From IMG/VR virus record IMGVR_UViG_3300046507_000471: DNA of 20,000 bases; one strand, 5' to 3'. This DNA is from an uncultured virus (IMG/VR IMGVR_UViG_3300046507_000471) (taxonomy: Duplodnaviria; Heunggongvirae; Uroviricota; Caudoviricetes). Positions within the stretch are counted from its first letter, which is position 1, and each line of letters starts with the position of its first letter. Shown here one piece after another: positions 7,658 through 16,136 of the stretch. The notes under the pieces are model-generated. The model made no database searches. It saw only the letters and a list, made by a program, of their open reading frames with translations, and was not told where the DNA came from. The position numbers and the translations under genes were made by a program.

Positions 7658-9484
7658 ATGTCAGAAAAATACACAACAGCCGGGGCACTAAAGCTAAAAA
7701 GCGAACTGCCAACCAAAGAAGCTAGAGACAACTACGACCTATATAGGCCTCTAGATAAGAAAGGTATTTCAGATCTAGTAAATGTGCTTCTGAAACACGG
7801 TGGCGAAAATAGTCACGAGGTTATTAATGATCTCGGCAAGAAGTTCTTTAACAAGGCTACTGAAATTGGCGCTACTACACCGTTAACTGACTACATTAAC
7901 GAAAGCGACGACAGACAAGCTATTATCGATGAATTTGAAACAAAGGTTCATCAAATTTTTGCAAAGAAACTTCCGAAAACTAAAGAAAATGATGAGCTTG
8001 GTGCATTGACCGGGGAATACAACGGTAAGATAGAAAAGCAAAATCTGGAACATCTTTTGTCCAAAGGATCGACTGCAGCCAAGATGGCTCGTACAGGCGC
8101 TCGTGGTAATCCTACACAGCTTGCTACTGGTACTTCAACGCCGCTAATGTCAATTAACTTGAAGGGCGAGCTAGTCCCATACGTAATTAAGTCATCATTT
8201 GCAAAAGGCATGTCTCCTGCTGAGATGCTCGCAATGAGTTACATGGGAAGAGGTAGTACTGTGCTTTCACAGCTTTCAACTGCGCTTCCAGGTGCTCTGT
8301 TCAAGGAACTTTCCCCAACGGTATTCCACGAAACTATCACGATTGATGACTGCGGAACTACCAATGGTATTCTGCTTCCCATCGTTGATAAGAAGGGTGC
8401 TGTTGGAAGATACGAGGCAGGTACAAATCATCTCATCGATGAAGCCTATTATAAGGAACTGGTTAGCTCAGGTCATAAAAACATAAAGGTTCGCAGCGCA
8501 CTTACATGTGAAGCTCACCAAGGTGTTTGCAAGAAATGTTATGGTCTAATGGGAAATGGTAAGCCAGCTGAGATAGGTGAAAATGTGGGCGTAATCGCTG
8601 CCCAATCTGTTTCTGAAGTTCTGACTCAGTCAATGCTTTCAACGAAGCACAAGGCATCAGTTGGTGCTCGTAAGGGTAACTCATACGAACAGGCTTCAAA
8701 CCTGCTCCGTAACCCAGCTGAGAACTTTAAAGATGAAGCCACGATTACTGGTATCAATGGCGTAGTTTCAGCAATTAAGCAAACGCCTCTTGGTGACCAT
8801 CAGGTATTTGTTAATGAACAAATGCACTTCGTCCCACGAGTTCAAAATCTTAAAGTAGCTGTTGGGGACAACGTTCTTAAGGGCGATACTCTTTCAACTG
8901 GAGTTGTAAATCCACGTAAGTTAGTTGCATTGAAAGGCCTTGGTGCCGGTCGCATTCACATGGCCCACGAACTTCGTGGTATCTATGGTTCTGACCTTGA
9001 TCCCCGTCACTTCGAAATGATTGCTAAGAATCTTATTAAGCACGTAGAAGTTCAAGATCCAGGTGAGACAGGCTTTCTACCGGGCCAGAAGGTTGATGTA
9101 AACACTATTCAAAAATACCTGACAAATACGGCTGGTGAAGTGCCTCTTGAAAAGGCTGAAGGTAAGTTACTCGCAAAGGGTGTGTTAGAACTTACAGCAG
9201 GTACTCTTCTTGATGGCAACCACATCAATGAACTTAAGGGTCACGGCGTTAAGACAGTTCACGTAGCTAATACTGGACTCACAGTAACTCCGATCGTTCC
9301 AGGTCTTAAGACAGCCAAGCTACTTGATGAAAACTGGGTTTCAAAGCTTTCCTTCTCAGGTCTTAAGAATACAATTCGTGAAAGTGCTGCAGTAGGTGCT
9401 GAATCAGACGTACACAGTACAGAGCCTATCACTCCGTACATTCTCGGTAGTGAATTCGGTGAAGGTCCTGGAGGACAGTATTAA
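7658..9484 (+). CDS. Phage multisubunit RNA polymerase beta' subunit, C-terminal half (608 aa)
   Basis: RpoC motifs: MARTGARGN; IKSSFAKGM plus bridge helix (..STALPGALFKEL); ITIDDCGT; Zn site VRSALTC..GVCKKCYG; trigger-loop region GENVGVIAAQSVSEVLTQSMLSTKH; RHFEMI; WVSKLSF. Confidence 0.95.
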   Translation: MSEKYTTAGALKLKSELPTKEARDNYDLYRPLDKKGISDLVNVLLKHGGENSHEVINDLGKKFFNKATEIGATTPLTDYINESDDRQAIIDEFETKVHQIFAKKLPKTKENDELGALTGEYNGKIEKQNLEHLLSKGSTAAKMARTGARGNPTQLATGTSTPLMSINLKGELVPYVIKSSFAKGMSPAEMLAMSYMGRGSTVLSQLSTALPGALFKELSPTVFHETITIDDCGTTNGILLPIVDKKGAVGRYEAGTNHLIDEAYYKELVSSGHKNIKVRSALTCEAHQGVCKKCYGLMGNGKPAEIGENVGVIAAQSVSEVLTQSMLSTKHKASVGARKGNSYEQASNLLRNPAENFKDEATITGINGVVSAIKQTPLGDHQVFVNEQMHFVPRVQNLKVAVGDNVLKGDTLSTGVVNPRKLVALKGLGAGRIHMAHELRGIYGSDLDPRHFEMIAKNLIKHVEVQDPGETGFLPGQKVDVNTIQKYLTNTAGEVPLEKAEGKLLAKGVLELTAGTLLDGNHINELKGHGVKTVHVANTGLTVTPIVPGLKTAKLLDENWVSKLSFSGLKNTIRESAAVGAESDVHSTEPITPYILGSEFGEGPGGQY

Positions 9485-10269
9485 TGGCATCAGCTACAGG
9501 ATCAGTTATCGATACGTCGATTAAACAGATTTGTAGCACTACGCTTAGCAATTTACTGAACCAGTTTTTTGCTAATACCTTGGGTAAAGAAACAGACATT
9601 GTTAAGTTGCTAATGGCTCAAATCCAGCATGAGAGCCATTTCAACGTTAATGCCCAAGGCCCTGCTCTAAAACCCATTAATTCATCTGGAGCAAGGGATT
9701 ATATCAACGCTAGTGCTGTGCAATCTGTATTAGGGAAAGGTATTGGCCAACAATCTATTAACGTTGATCAGGGCTTACGGGCTTGGGGCGTTATGCAGAG
9801 TATGGGTTGGAATCATGTAAAGGGTGGATCTCAAAAACTCGGTAAGTGCGTAATTGAAATAGCAAGGCCAGACTTGGTTTCAAGACTTTGCGTAAACCCT
9901 GGTGAGAGCTTGTCAGCTAAGTTCAATGGTCAAAACACTGTCGAAGATCAAATTCTTGCTGGACTAGTTATTCTTGAACAGAAATACAAGCTTGTAAAGC
10001 AAGCAGGAAACAAGTTTACGATCGGACAATTTACGTATGATAGTCGTATGCAAGCAACATTCAGAGGCTATATTGGTCTAGCTTCTAATGATAAGGGTAA
10101 TGGTAGTTCTGCAGAGGCTTACGTAGCTGCTGTTTATTACGGTTCATCCTTCACCAGCGCTAATGGTCCAGGCGGAGTAGCAGTTGCAAACAAGGACGCT
10201 AATGGTGCAGCAGCTGGCCCGACAATTACCGTAGCTTCAGGTGACAATCAGCATCCACCTGGGTGCTAA
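9484..10269 (+). CDS. Lytic transglycosylase (SLT/lysozyme-like) domain protein (261 aa)
   Basis: Motif I AQIQHESHFNVNA with the catalytic Glu; motif II AWGVMQ; C-terminal YIG...AYVAAVY. Start overlaps the upstream stop (TAATG). Confidence 0.75.
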   Translation: MASATGSVIDTSIKQICSTTLSNLLNQFFANTLGKETDIVKLLMAQIQHESHFNVNAQGPALKPINSSGARDYINASAVQSVLGKGIGQQSINVDQGLRAWGVMQSMGWNHVKGGSQKLGKCVIEIARPDLVSRLCVNPGESLSAKFNGQNTVEDQILAGLVILEQKYKLVKQAGNKFTIGQFTYDSRMQATFRGYIGLASNDKGNGSSAEAYVAAVYYGSSFTSANGPGGVAVANKDANGAAAGPTITVASGDNQHPPGC

Positions 10270-10348
10270 AATCAAACGTAGACTAAATGCAGCTTATTCT
10301 GTTAAAATATCTGCATAATTGAGCTTATATTTCAAAGGACTGTTATAA

Positions 10349-12316
10349 ATGGATTTCTCCGACATCGCTCTCGCCAAACTGCTTCAAACTGTTCCGGAGC
10401 TAGGAAATTACATTATTACGTTTAAGGATGTTTCTGATGAACTTCAAGACGACACCGGCATTCAAGTCGGCGTTTTCGTATTGAGAGTCGGAACCGAAAT
10501 CTTCTTCATCCCAGTTGTAGCTAAAAACGATAACGTATTCCCTATTGATTCAATCTTCTTTGATACAGACAAGAAATTCTTCCCTCTGACAAAGAAGACG
10601 GTAACGCTTGTCGTTGCCTCAAGCCAACTCGAACAAGGCAAGCCTACGGAGATTCCGAAGACTGTCGTTGGTAATCCTAGTGTTGCGGACATGATTAATC
10701 CCCCGCGCACTGGTAAACATGTTTATGCTAGTACCAGTCGTCTGACTGAGTTTCTAGCCAGTATGCCTGACTATCTAAAGCAGGTTACTATGGAAAAGAT
10801 CGCAGCAGAAAAGTCAGTATACGACTCGCTCGATCAGATGTATGGACTGAAGGCGATCTTTGATGTTCTAAAGAAAAAGCCGGAAAGTATGGCTGCTGCT
10901 ACTAACGAGGTTCCGATCTCAGTAGTAACAGATGCAAACCCAAGCATGACCCCAGATCAGATCTCCTCAATCCTGAACGACGGTTATCATATCTCTGGTG
11001 AGCAACCTTCTTCACGCGTGGCTGTATGTATCCATGATTTCAATTCTTCAGGGACCTTCCGTAACATCACAAATCTTGACGGAGATAAAGATTTTGAAAT
11101 TATGCTTACTAATGGCTCGTCTCGTGATGCGTACGTTCCGAAAATGTATACTGTGGGTTCTAGCCCAAGAGGTGTAAGTACAAGTTATGGTCGCAGTTAC
11201 GAGGATCCTACTTCGTCACTAGCAATTTTTACATCAGGCGACTATGCACTTTCAGGTAGCTTTATTACGGTAGGCGACAATCTTGACAGGAAAGAAGTCT
11301 TAAAAACTCTTTTCGAATATAATCCACCAGTAATGTTGAAAGATGTAGAATCTGGTGATAAAATCGCAATCGTGCTTAACTCAGGTAAGTTCCTGGGTCC
11401 GATTTCTATTAACCGTGTGGCTCTGAGTAGCCTAGGCGTAGAAGCAACTGGTTCTTCATACCAAACAGGGTATGGTGCAGTAACTGTGTACGGCTATCGT
11501 AATGTTGCAGGTGAAATTAGTATTTGCGGTAAGGGCTCTAAGCATGAGATCTTTATTCCGCATAATTCGGTTATTCTCAAACTGCGTAGAGACATTACTG
11601 GTGAGCTAGAAGTAAACGTAAACGCAGCAGCTCACAAACGTAAGCTTACAGATATTCAGTGGCTTGGCGAAGAGATGAATCTCGGCTATGATGGCATCGA
11701 ATTTGCTATCAACGGTAAGACTGCTGGTTTCGAAGCTGATGTAATGAAGCGCCTAGTAGTAGGGGAGGGTATTGATCCGGAACATGCTGCATCATTTGTA
11801 AAGCAGGCTAAGGAAGTCAAGTTCACAAAGATCTACATGACTAAGCGTGCTGGTTTCACGACTGATTCAGCAGACGGCAATATTCCTAACTACGGCGAAG
11901 AAGACCTAACAGGTATCGAGCCAGATGAAGTTACGATGAACGGTGCTTACAAGCCAAATGGCAGCATGGTTTCTAACGTTCAAGAGTCTCTGAAAGCTGG
12001 AGATGCTCAGGTAACTGAAGCTACGATTATTTCTGAGCTTCTACAAGCGCCTGACATGTTCGAACAGATTTCAGAATATCTGCCAGACATTGAAGAAGCG
12101 ATTGATAAGCTTGGTCGTACTCTATTCATGGCCCGTGTACACATCAGTCGTCTTGCAGAGGCAAATGATGCAGATCAGGTTTATGCATTCTTGGCTTCAC
12201 TTAAGACCGTATACCGCTTACTTGGCGATAACTTCATTAAACTGAAGGAACTAGCTGCTGTCAGCGATTCTATCGATACGGAAGCACCCGGCAAACAAAT
12301 GTCGGTAAAAGAGTAA
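10349..12316 (+). CDS. Hypothetical, probable virion/head-associated protein (655 aa)
   Basis: AAGGA SD; long ORF in the structural cluster; contains MEKIAA and VKQA motifs. No family recognised. Confidence 0.7.
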   Translation: MDFSDIALAKLLQTVPELGNYIITFKDVSDELQDDTGIQVGVFVLRVGTEIFFIPVVAKNDNVFPIDSIFFDTDKKFFPLTKKTVTLVVASSQLEQGKPTEIPKTVVGNPSVADMINPPRTGKHVYASTSRLTEFLASMPDYLKQVTMEKIAAEKSVYDSLDQMYGLKAIFDVLKKKPESMAAATNEVPISVVTDANPSMTPDQISSILNDGYHISGEQPSSRVAVCIHDFNSSGTFRNITNLDGDKDFEIMLTNGSSRDAYVPKMYTVGSSPRGVSTSYGRSYEDPTSSLAIFTSGDYALSGSFITVGDNLDRKEVLKTLFEYNPPVMLKDVESGDKIAIVLNSGKFLGPISINRVALSSLGVEATGSSYQTGYGAVTVYGYRNVAGEISICGKGSKHEIFIPHNSVILKLRRDITGELEVNVNAAAHKRKLTDIQWLGEEMNLGYDGIEFAINGKTAGFEADVMKRLVVGEGIDPEHAASFVKQAKEVKFTKIYMTKRAGFTTDSADGNIPNYGEEDLTGIEPDEVTMNGAYKPNGSMVSNVQESLKAGDAQVTEATIISELLQAPDMFEQISEYLPDIEEAIDKLGRTLFMARVHISRLAEANDADQVYAFLASLKTVYRLLGDNFIKLKELAAVSDSIDTEAPGKQMSVKE

Positions 12317-12326
12317 ACATGAAGAT

Positions 12327-13016
12327 ATGCGCGTTAATCAGAGAGAATTACACATCCGTAACGAAGTTAGCGGGGCTGACCCGCTAGTTGACAAGATACT
12401 ATCCGGAGAAGATTGTCCGGAGCGTACCGCCTATCTGAAAGCCATACCTTTAAAAGAATCGAAGCTAAAAAAGGGTTACGTCGAAGCTAGTCTTCTTTGC
12501 AGCAACGACGTAAACGCTATTTCCCACATCCTTGAAATTCCAGCGGAAGTTATCCAAATGTACAACGACATCTTTTATGATGTTATGGAACTGGATAAGC
12601 TAAGTAAGATGGAACTCTTGGATGTGCGTGACAAAACAGAAGCTGCTCTTAAAACTTGGGCGCTCAGTCAAGGTTTACCATTCATCTCATGGAGAATGGG
12701 TAAACAAGTAACTATTTCTCCTGTTGAAGGTTTGGTCGATCTCTTCACGACATGCGTGTACAAGAGCCGTGAGGCCATGTTCAGCCAAAACGCATCGGAA
12801 TCTAGTCGAGAAGCTACTAAGTGGACGAAGCTGTCAATGGACATAGCACGTCTTCTTAAGATTTGGACAACGGATGCTGGCGCAGCTAAGAAAGATCTTG
12901 AAATCGCTATTAGAGAAGTGGTACCTGATTTCGAGGGTTTTGAGAGTCTGGAAGGTTTTAGTATGGCAGAGTTGAATGGCGATCTATATAAGGTTGACTC
13001 AGATAGTAACGACTAA
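12327..13016 (+). CDS. Hypothetical protein (229 aa)
   Basis: ORF tightly packed and co-oriented with its neighbours; no motif recognised. Confidence 0.75.
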   Translation: MRVNQRELHIRNEVSGADPLVDKILSGEDCPERTAYLKAIPLKESKLKKGYVEASLLCSNDVNAISHILEIPAEVIQMYNDIFYDVMELDKLSKMELLDVRDKTEAALKTWALSQGLPFISWRMGKQVTISPVEGLVDLFTTCVYKSREAMFSQNASESSREATKWTKLSMDIARLLKIWTTDAGAAKKDLEIAIREVVPDFEGFESLEGFSMAELNGDLYKVDSDSND

Positions 13017-13018
13017 TT

Positions 13019-13189
13019 ATGAATAAGTATCTAGAAAAAATCGCATCAAAGAAGAAGAGTGGTCAGCTTACTATGCGTGCTGGTCAAAAGCCTATTAAGC
13101 ACCCTAAGAAGCCTTTTGTCTCCTTGTCTGCCAAGGTTAAAATAAAGTCACAGAAACATGGAGCCAAAAATGGCAAACGTAACCCCTGA
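13019..13189 (+). CDS. Tagged, highly basic 56-aa peptide (MNKYLEKIASKKKSGQLTMRAGQKPIKHPKKPFVSLSAKVKIKSQKHGAKNGKRNP); not in ORF track
   Basis: Begins with the exact MNKYLEKIAS tag, 2 nt after the upstream stop, and fills the apparent intergenic gap. Confidence 0.85.
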   Translation: MNKYLEKIASKKKSGQLTMRAGQKPIKHPKKPFVSLSAKVKIKSQKHGAKNGKRNP

Positions 13190-14252
13190 ACTTCTTCGGG
13201 ATATCTCAGTTCAAGCAGTTGAAGATTTCCTGAATAACAAAGTTCCTCTGAGCAAAGGTCTAGCTAAACAAGCAGCCGCTTATGAACTGAATGTAGAACA
13301 AGTAAAGCGGGCAGTAGAATCAACGAATAATATTGCTTATTTGAAAATTCTTCAGCACGCAGAAGATCGTACAGTAGAATTCCCACTAGCTAAGTTTGCA
13401 GAAGTTATGTCAGCCGCTACTATTCCTGATAATTTCCAGGAGAAGGTTGCCCAAGTAACTACCGAAGAACTGAAGGCAGAACTAGAAAAAGAAGCATCGG
13501 CAACAGACCTTCAATTGGTCGAAGCAGAACAGCTTACATACCTCATCAAGTCGGCTTCAGCTAACAAAGAAGCTCTTGAACGTATTGAAATGGATAGTAT
13601 TGTAGTAGCGGATATGCTTGTGAAGGCCGCAAAGGCTCTTGGTAAGGATGACGCTTGGATGGATAAGCTGGCATGTGTCACGGATGAGAAGACCTTCTCA
13701 GAGCTTTCTATCCTCGTTTCTGGCGAGGTTAAGGGATACCGTGAACTTGGAGAGCTTGGACTGTTTAAAGTTGCACAACTTAAAGAAGCTACTGGATTTG
13801 CAGAACTGTACAAACAGGCTCGTGCACTGGTCCGTGAACAACGTGAACGTTCAGAGCTTCAGAAACGTGCAGCAGATGCTGCTCAAGGTGTAAAATCTAA
13901 TATCTTCAATAAGGCGATGCAAGGTGGTGCTAAGTCTGCAATGAATGCAGCTCAAAAAGCAAACCCTGCTTATGTAGCTGGTAAGGCTATTGGTGTTGCA
14001 GCGTCTACACCATTCAGAGCAGCGGCAGCAGCTGGAAAGGCAATTAACAACTCTGTTAAGAATAACATTGCAGCTCTAGGTAAGCCAACAGCTAAGAACA
14101 CAGCAAAGGCTATCGGTAGAACTTCAGCAAGCGCTGTATCGGGTGTTATCAGAGCAGGTGGCCCAGTTTTAGATGCAGCATTCTACGATCCAGGCACAGA
14201 TAAAACAACTGGAAGAAGTAACGATGTCTGGAGCGCTCTCCAGCGTGATTAA
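13170..14252 (+). CDS. Hypothetical Ala/Lys-rich helical, probable head core protein
   Basis: GGAG at 13160-13163 favours ATG 13170 over 13158. Many K-x-A motifs (AKQAA, EKVAQ, EKEAS, IKSAS, DKLAC, YKQAR, QKRAA). Confidence 0.75.
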   Translation: MANVTPELLRDISVQAVEDFLNNKVPLSKGLAKQAAAYELNVEQVKRAVESTNNIAYLKILQHAEDRTVEFPLAKFAEVMSAATIPDNFQEKVAQVTTEELKAELEKEASATDLQLVEAEQLTYLIKSASANKEALERIEMDSIVVADMLVKAAKALGKDDAWMDKLACVTDEKTFSELSILVSGEVKGYRELGELGLFKVAQLKEATGFAELYKQARALVREQRERSELQKRAADAAQGVKSNIFNKAMQGGAKSAMNAAQKANPAYVAGKAIGVAASTPFRAAAAAGKAINNSVKNNIAALGKPTAKNTAKAIGRTSASAVSGVIRAGGPVLDAAFYDPGTDKTTGRSNDVWSALQRD

Positions 14253-14279
14253 TAAGATTGATTAAAGGAACAACATAAA

Positions 14280-14807
14280 ATGTTAAACGAAGTTAAACAA
14301 CTGGGTCTTGAGAAGTTTGCTGGAGACGAAGATCTAGCTGAGCAATTTGTAGCGGGTTTCGTTACACAAGTATTGCTAGAAAAAGAAGCTGCTGATAAAA
14401 CAGACAAGAATGTATTTGATCCAAAACACGAAGTTGCACAAAGTTTCTTTCGTGAGGCTGGTAAAGCAACTGGTGGTCTCGCAGTAGGCGGCGGGCTTTG
14501 GATGTTGGCTAATACAGGTAAGTACGTAGTTGACCATTTCCGCTACAATCGTTTTCTACAATCCCTACACCAAGCAATTAATAGCTCACATATTCTTCAA
14601 TCTGCGCCTCGTGCCAAGGTTGAAAATTATGCTAACACGATTTATCAATTTGCACCTATGGTTGCAACTGATCCGAATCTGCTACAATCTGTTCTCACCA
14701 ATGCCGTTCACGGCGATGGCGTAGATATTATGACTATCAAGAGCCTTACGGATCTAGAAGGTCGTTGGAAAGATAACACTTCATTCTCACCTAAGTCGTT
14801 TGTATAA
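14280..14807 (+). CDS. Hypothetical probable virion protein (175 aa)
   Basis: AAGGA upstream; LEKFAG and LEKEAA motifs; Gly-rich hydrophobic stretch GGLAVGGGLWMLA. Confidence 0.75.
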   Translation: MLNEVKQLGLEKFAGDEDLAEQFVAGFVTQVLLEKEAADKTDKNVFDPKHEVAQSFFREAGKATGGLAVGGGLWMLANTGKYVVDHFRYNRFLQSLHQAINSSHILQSAPRAKVENYANTIYQFAPMVATDPNLLQSVLTNAVHGDGVDIMTIKSLTDLEGRWKDNTSFSPKSFV

Positions 14808-14809
14808 AC

Positions 14810-15592
14810 ATGAATAAGTATTTAGAAAAAATAGCCGCTGATAAAGAGCATTTTTCTAAAAAGCAGAAAACAGCAGCTGGTGGTGGAGCTGCTGTTCTCG
14901 GTGCGTCTGTAGTTAATAAGCAGTACCACGGTGGCCATATAACTGGCCGTGAGACTCTTTACCACGGAACCTCTGCTGCTAATAAAGAACAAATTCTTAA
15001 AGACGGTCTTAAACCAAGAGCGAAGAAAGGTATTATCGATATCGCTCAAGATGCGACAGGCCAAAATTTAAAGTCAGACAACTTAACGTTTATGACTAGA
15101 AGTAAAATGCAAGCACACAGCTATGCGAATCAAGCATCACGTATTGAGAATGGTACTTTTAACATACACGATATGGTGGGACGTCTTAAAGATGCTATTC
15201 CTGGTAAAGAAAGTTCTAAGGGTGTAATTAATATCAACGCTCCTACTTGGAAAAAAGACGAATTTCGTAAGGTACGGAACCCTGAAGTAAAAACAAGTTT
15301 CAAAACGGTAAACGAAGACGCCTTCTCTCCCAAGTTTGCAAAAACTCAACAGAAGCGCACTATATACTCAACACTTGAAAAAGAAGTCTTTACCAATAAA
15401 GGCAACGTTTCAAACAAGTATATGGAGGGTTCTAAGGCGTATCAGAAGAATTCTCTTGGTGAAATTAGAGAATTTGCGAAAGCGAATACTAAACGTTTCT
15501 TGAAGGGTACTGGTAAGGCTGCAATGGGCGCTGCAATGATCGGTGGAGGTTTAGCCTACGCCGCTAACCAATTTAAAAAACATGGAAAATAA
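14810..15592 (+). CDS. Tagged protein with an ADP-ribosyltransferase/Tpt1-like fold motif (260 aa)
   Basis: MNKYLEKIAA start; LYHGTS..EQILKDGLKP followed by TFMT...AHSYA, the pattern seen in H-type ART-fold and KptA-like domains. Confidence 0.6.
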   Translation: MNKYLEKIAADKEHFSKKQKTAAGGGAAVLGASVVNKQYHGGHITGRETLYHGTSAANKEQILKDGLKPRAKKGIIDIAQDATGQNLKSDNLTFMTRSKMQAHSYANQASRIENGTFNIHDMVGRLKDAIPGKESSKGVININAPTWKKDEFRKVRNPEVKTSFKTVNEDAFSPKFAKTQQKRTIYSTLEKEVFTNKGNVSNKYMEGSKAYQKNSLGEIREFAKANTKRFLKGTGKAAMGAAMIGGGLAYAANQFKKHGK

Positions 15593-16112
15593 GTACCTAG
15601 AAAAAATCGCCTCTATCTCCAATTTCGGAAAGAGCTTCGCAAAAGGTTGGAACAGAAGCTCTACCACTTCAAAAATTGGTCTAGGCATGTCTGCTACTGG
15701 TCTTACTCTTGGTGCTGCTAATTATGCAAATAGTCTAGAGAATAAGCAAGATAATAAACATCGCAGTGTAATAGAAGCTCAGTCTTTGAATGAACTTAAG
15801 GGTATCTCAGAAGCGCTGAAAAAGAAACCTAAGGTAACTGTAAACCTTAAACTTACTCCTTCTCAAGAAAAACAAGCCAGCGTTGCACGAGCTGCTAGAG
15901 ATGCGTTGCATTTTGCAAAACAGCGCCCCATTGTTTCAGTAGGTACGGCAGCAGGTGCGTTAGAGGGCGTCAATAAGACTACTCGTAAAAATAATGAATC
16001 TTTAGTTGGAGTTGGTCTTAGAGGCGTTAAGAACACTATCGTTGGCGGTGTCGCTGGAGCAGCAGTAGGGACAGTATTAGAACACGGTTATAACAAATAC
16101 ATTCGTAATTAA
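15582..16112 (+). CDS. Tagged Gly-rich basic protein (176 aa)
   Basis: MENKYLEKIAS start; internal EKQAS; GxxxG-rich hydrophobic segments. Confidence 0.8.
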   Translation: MENKYLEKIASISNFGKSFAKGWNRSSTTSKIGLGMSATGLTLGAANYANSLENKQDNKHRSVIEAQSLNELKGISEALKKKPKVTVNLKLTPSQEKQASVARAARDALHFAKQRPIVSVGTAAGALEGVNKTTRKNNESLVGVGLRGVKNTIVGGVAGAAVGTVLEHGYNKYIRN

Positions 16113-16136
16113 ACGCACTGCCTGTAAAATAGAATT

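Noticed and set aside
1..9484. Cellular rpoC or rpoC1/rpoC2 locus
   Set aside because: No ribosomal-protein or other housekeeping context, invariant residues are changed, and the neighbours are phage head genes.
10287..10316. Hairpin ATGCAG/CTGCAT around the TAAAATAT motif as a hairpin promoter
   Set aside because: Only 6 bp, and not seen around the other copies of the motif.
10349..12316. Calling this the portal or major capsid protein
   Set aside because: Size and position are compatible, but I recognise no diagnostic motif; it needs a structure search.
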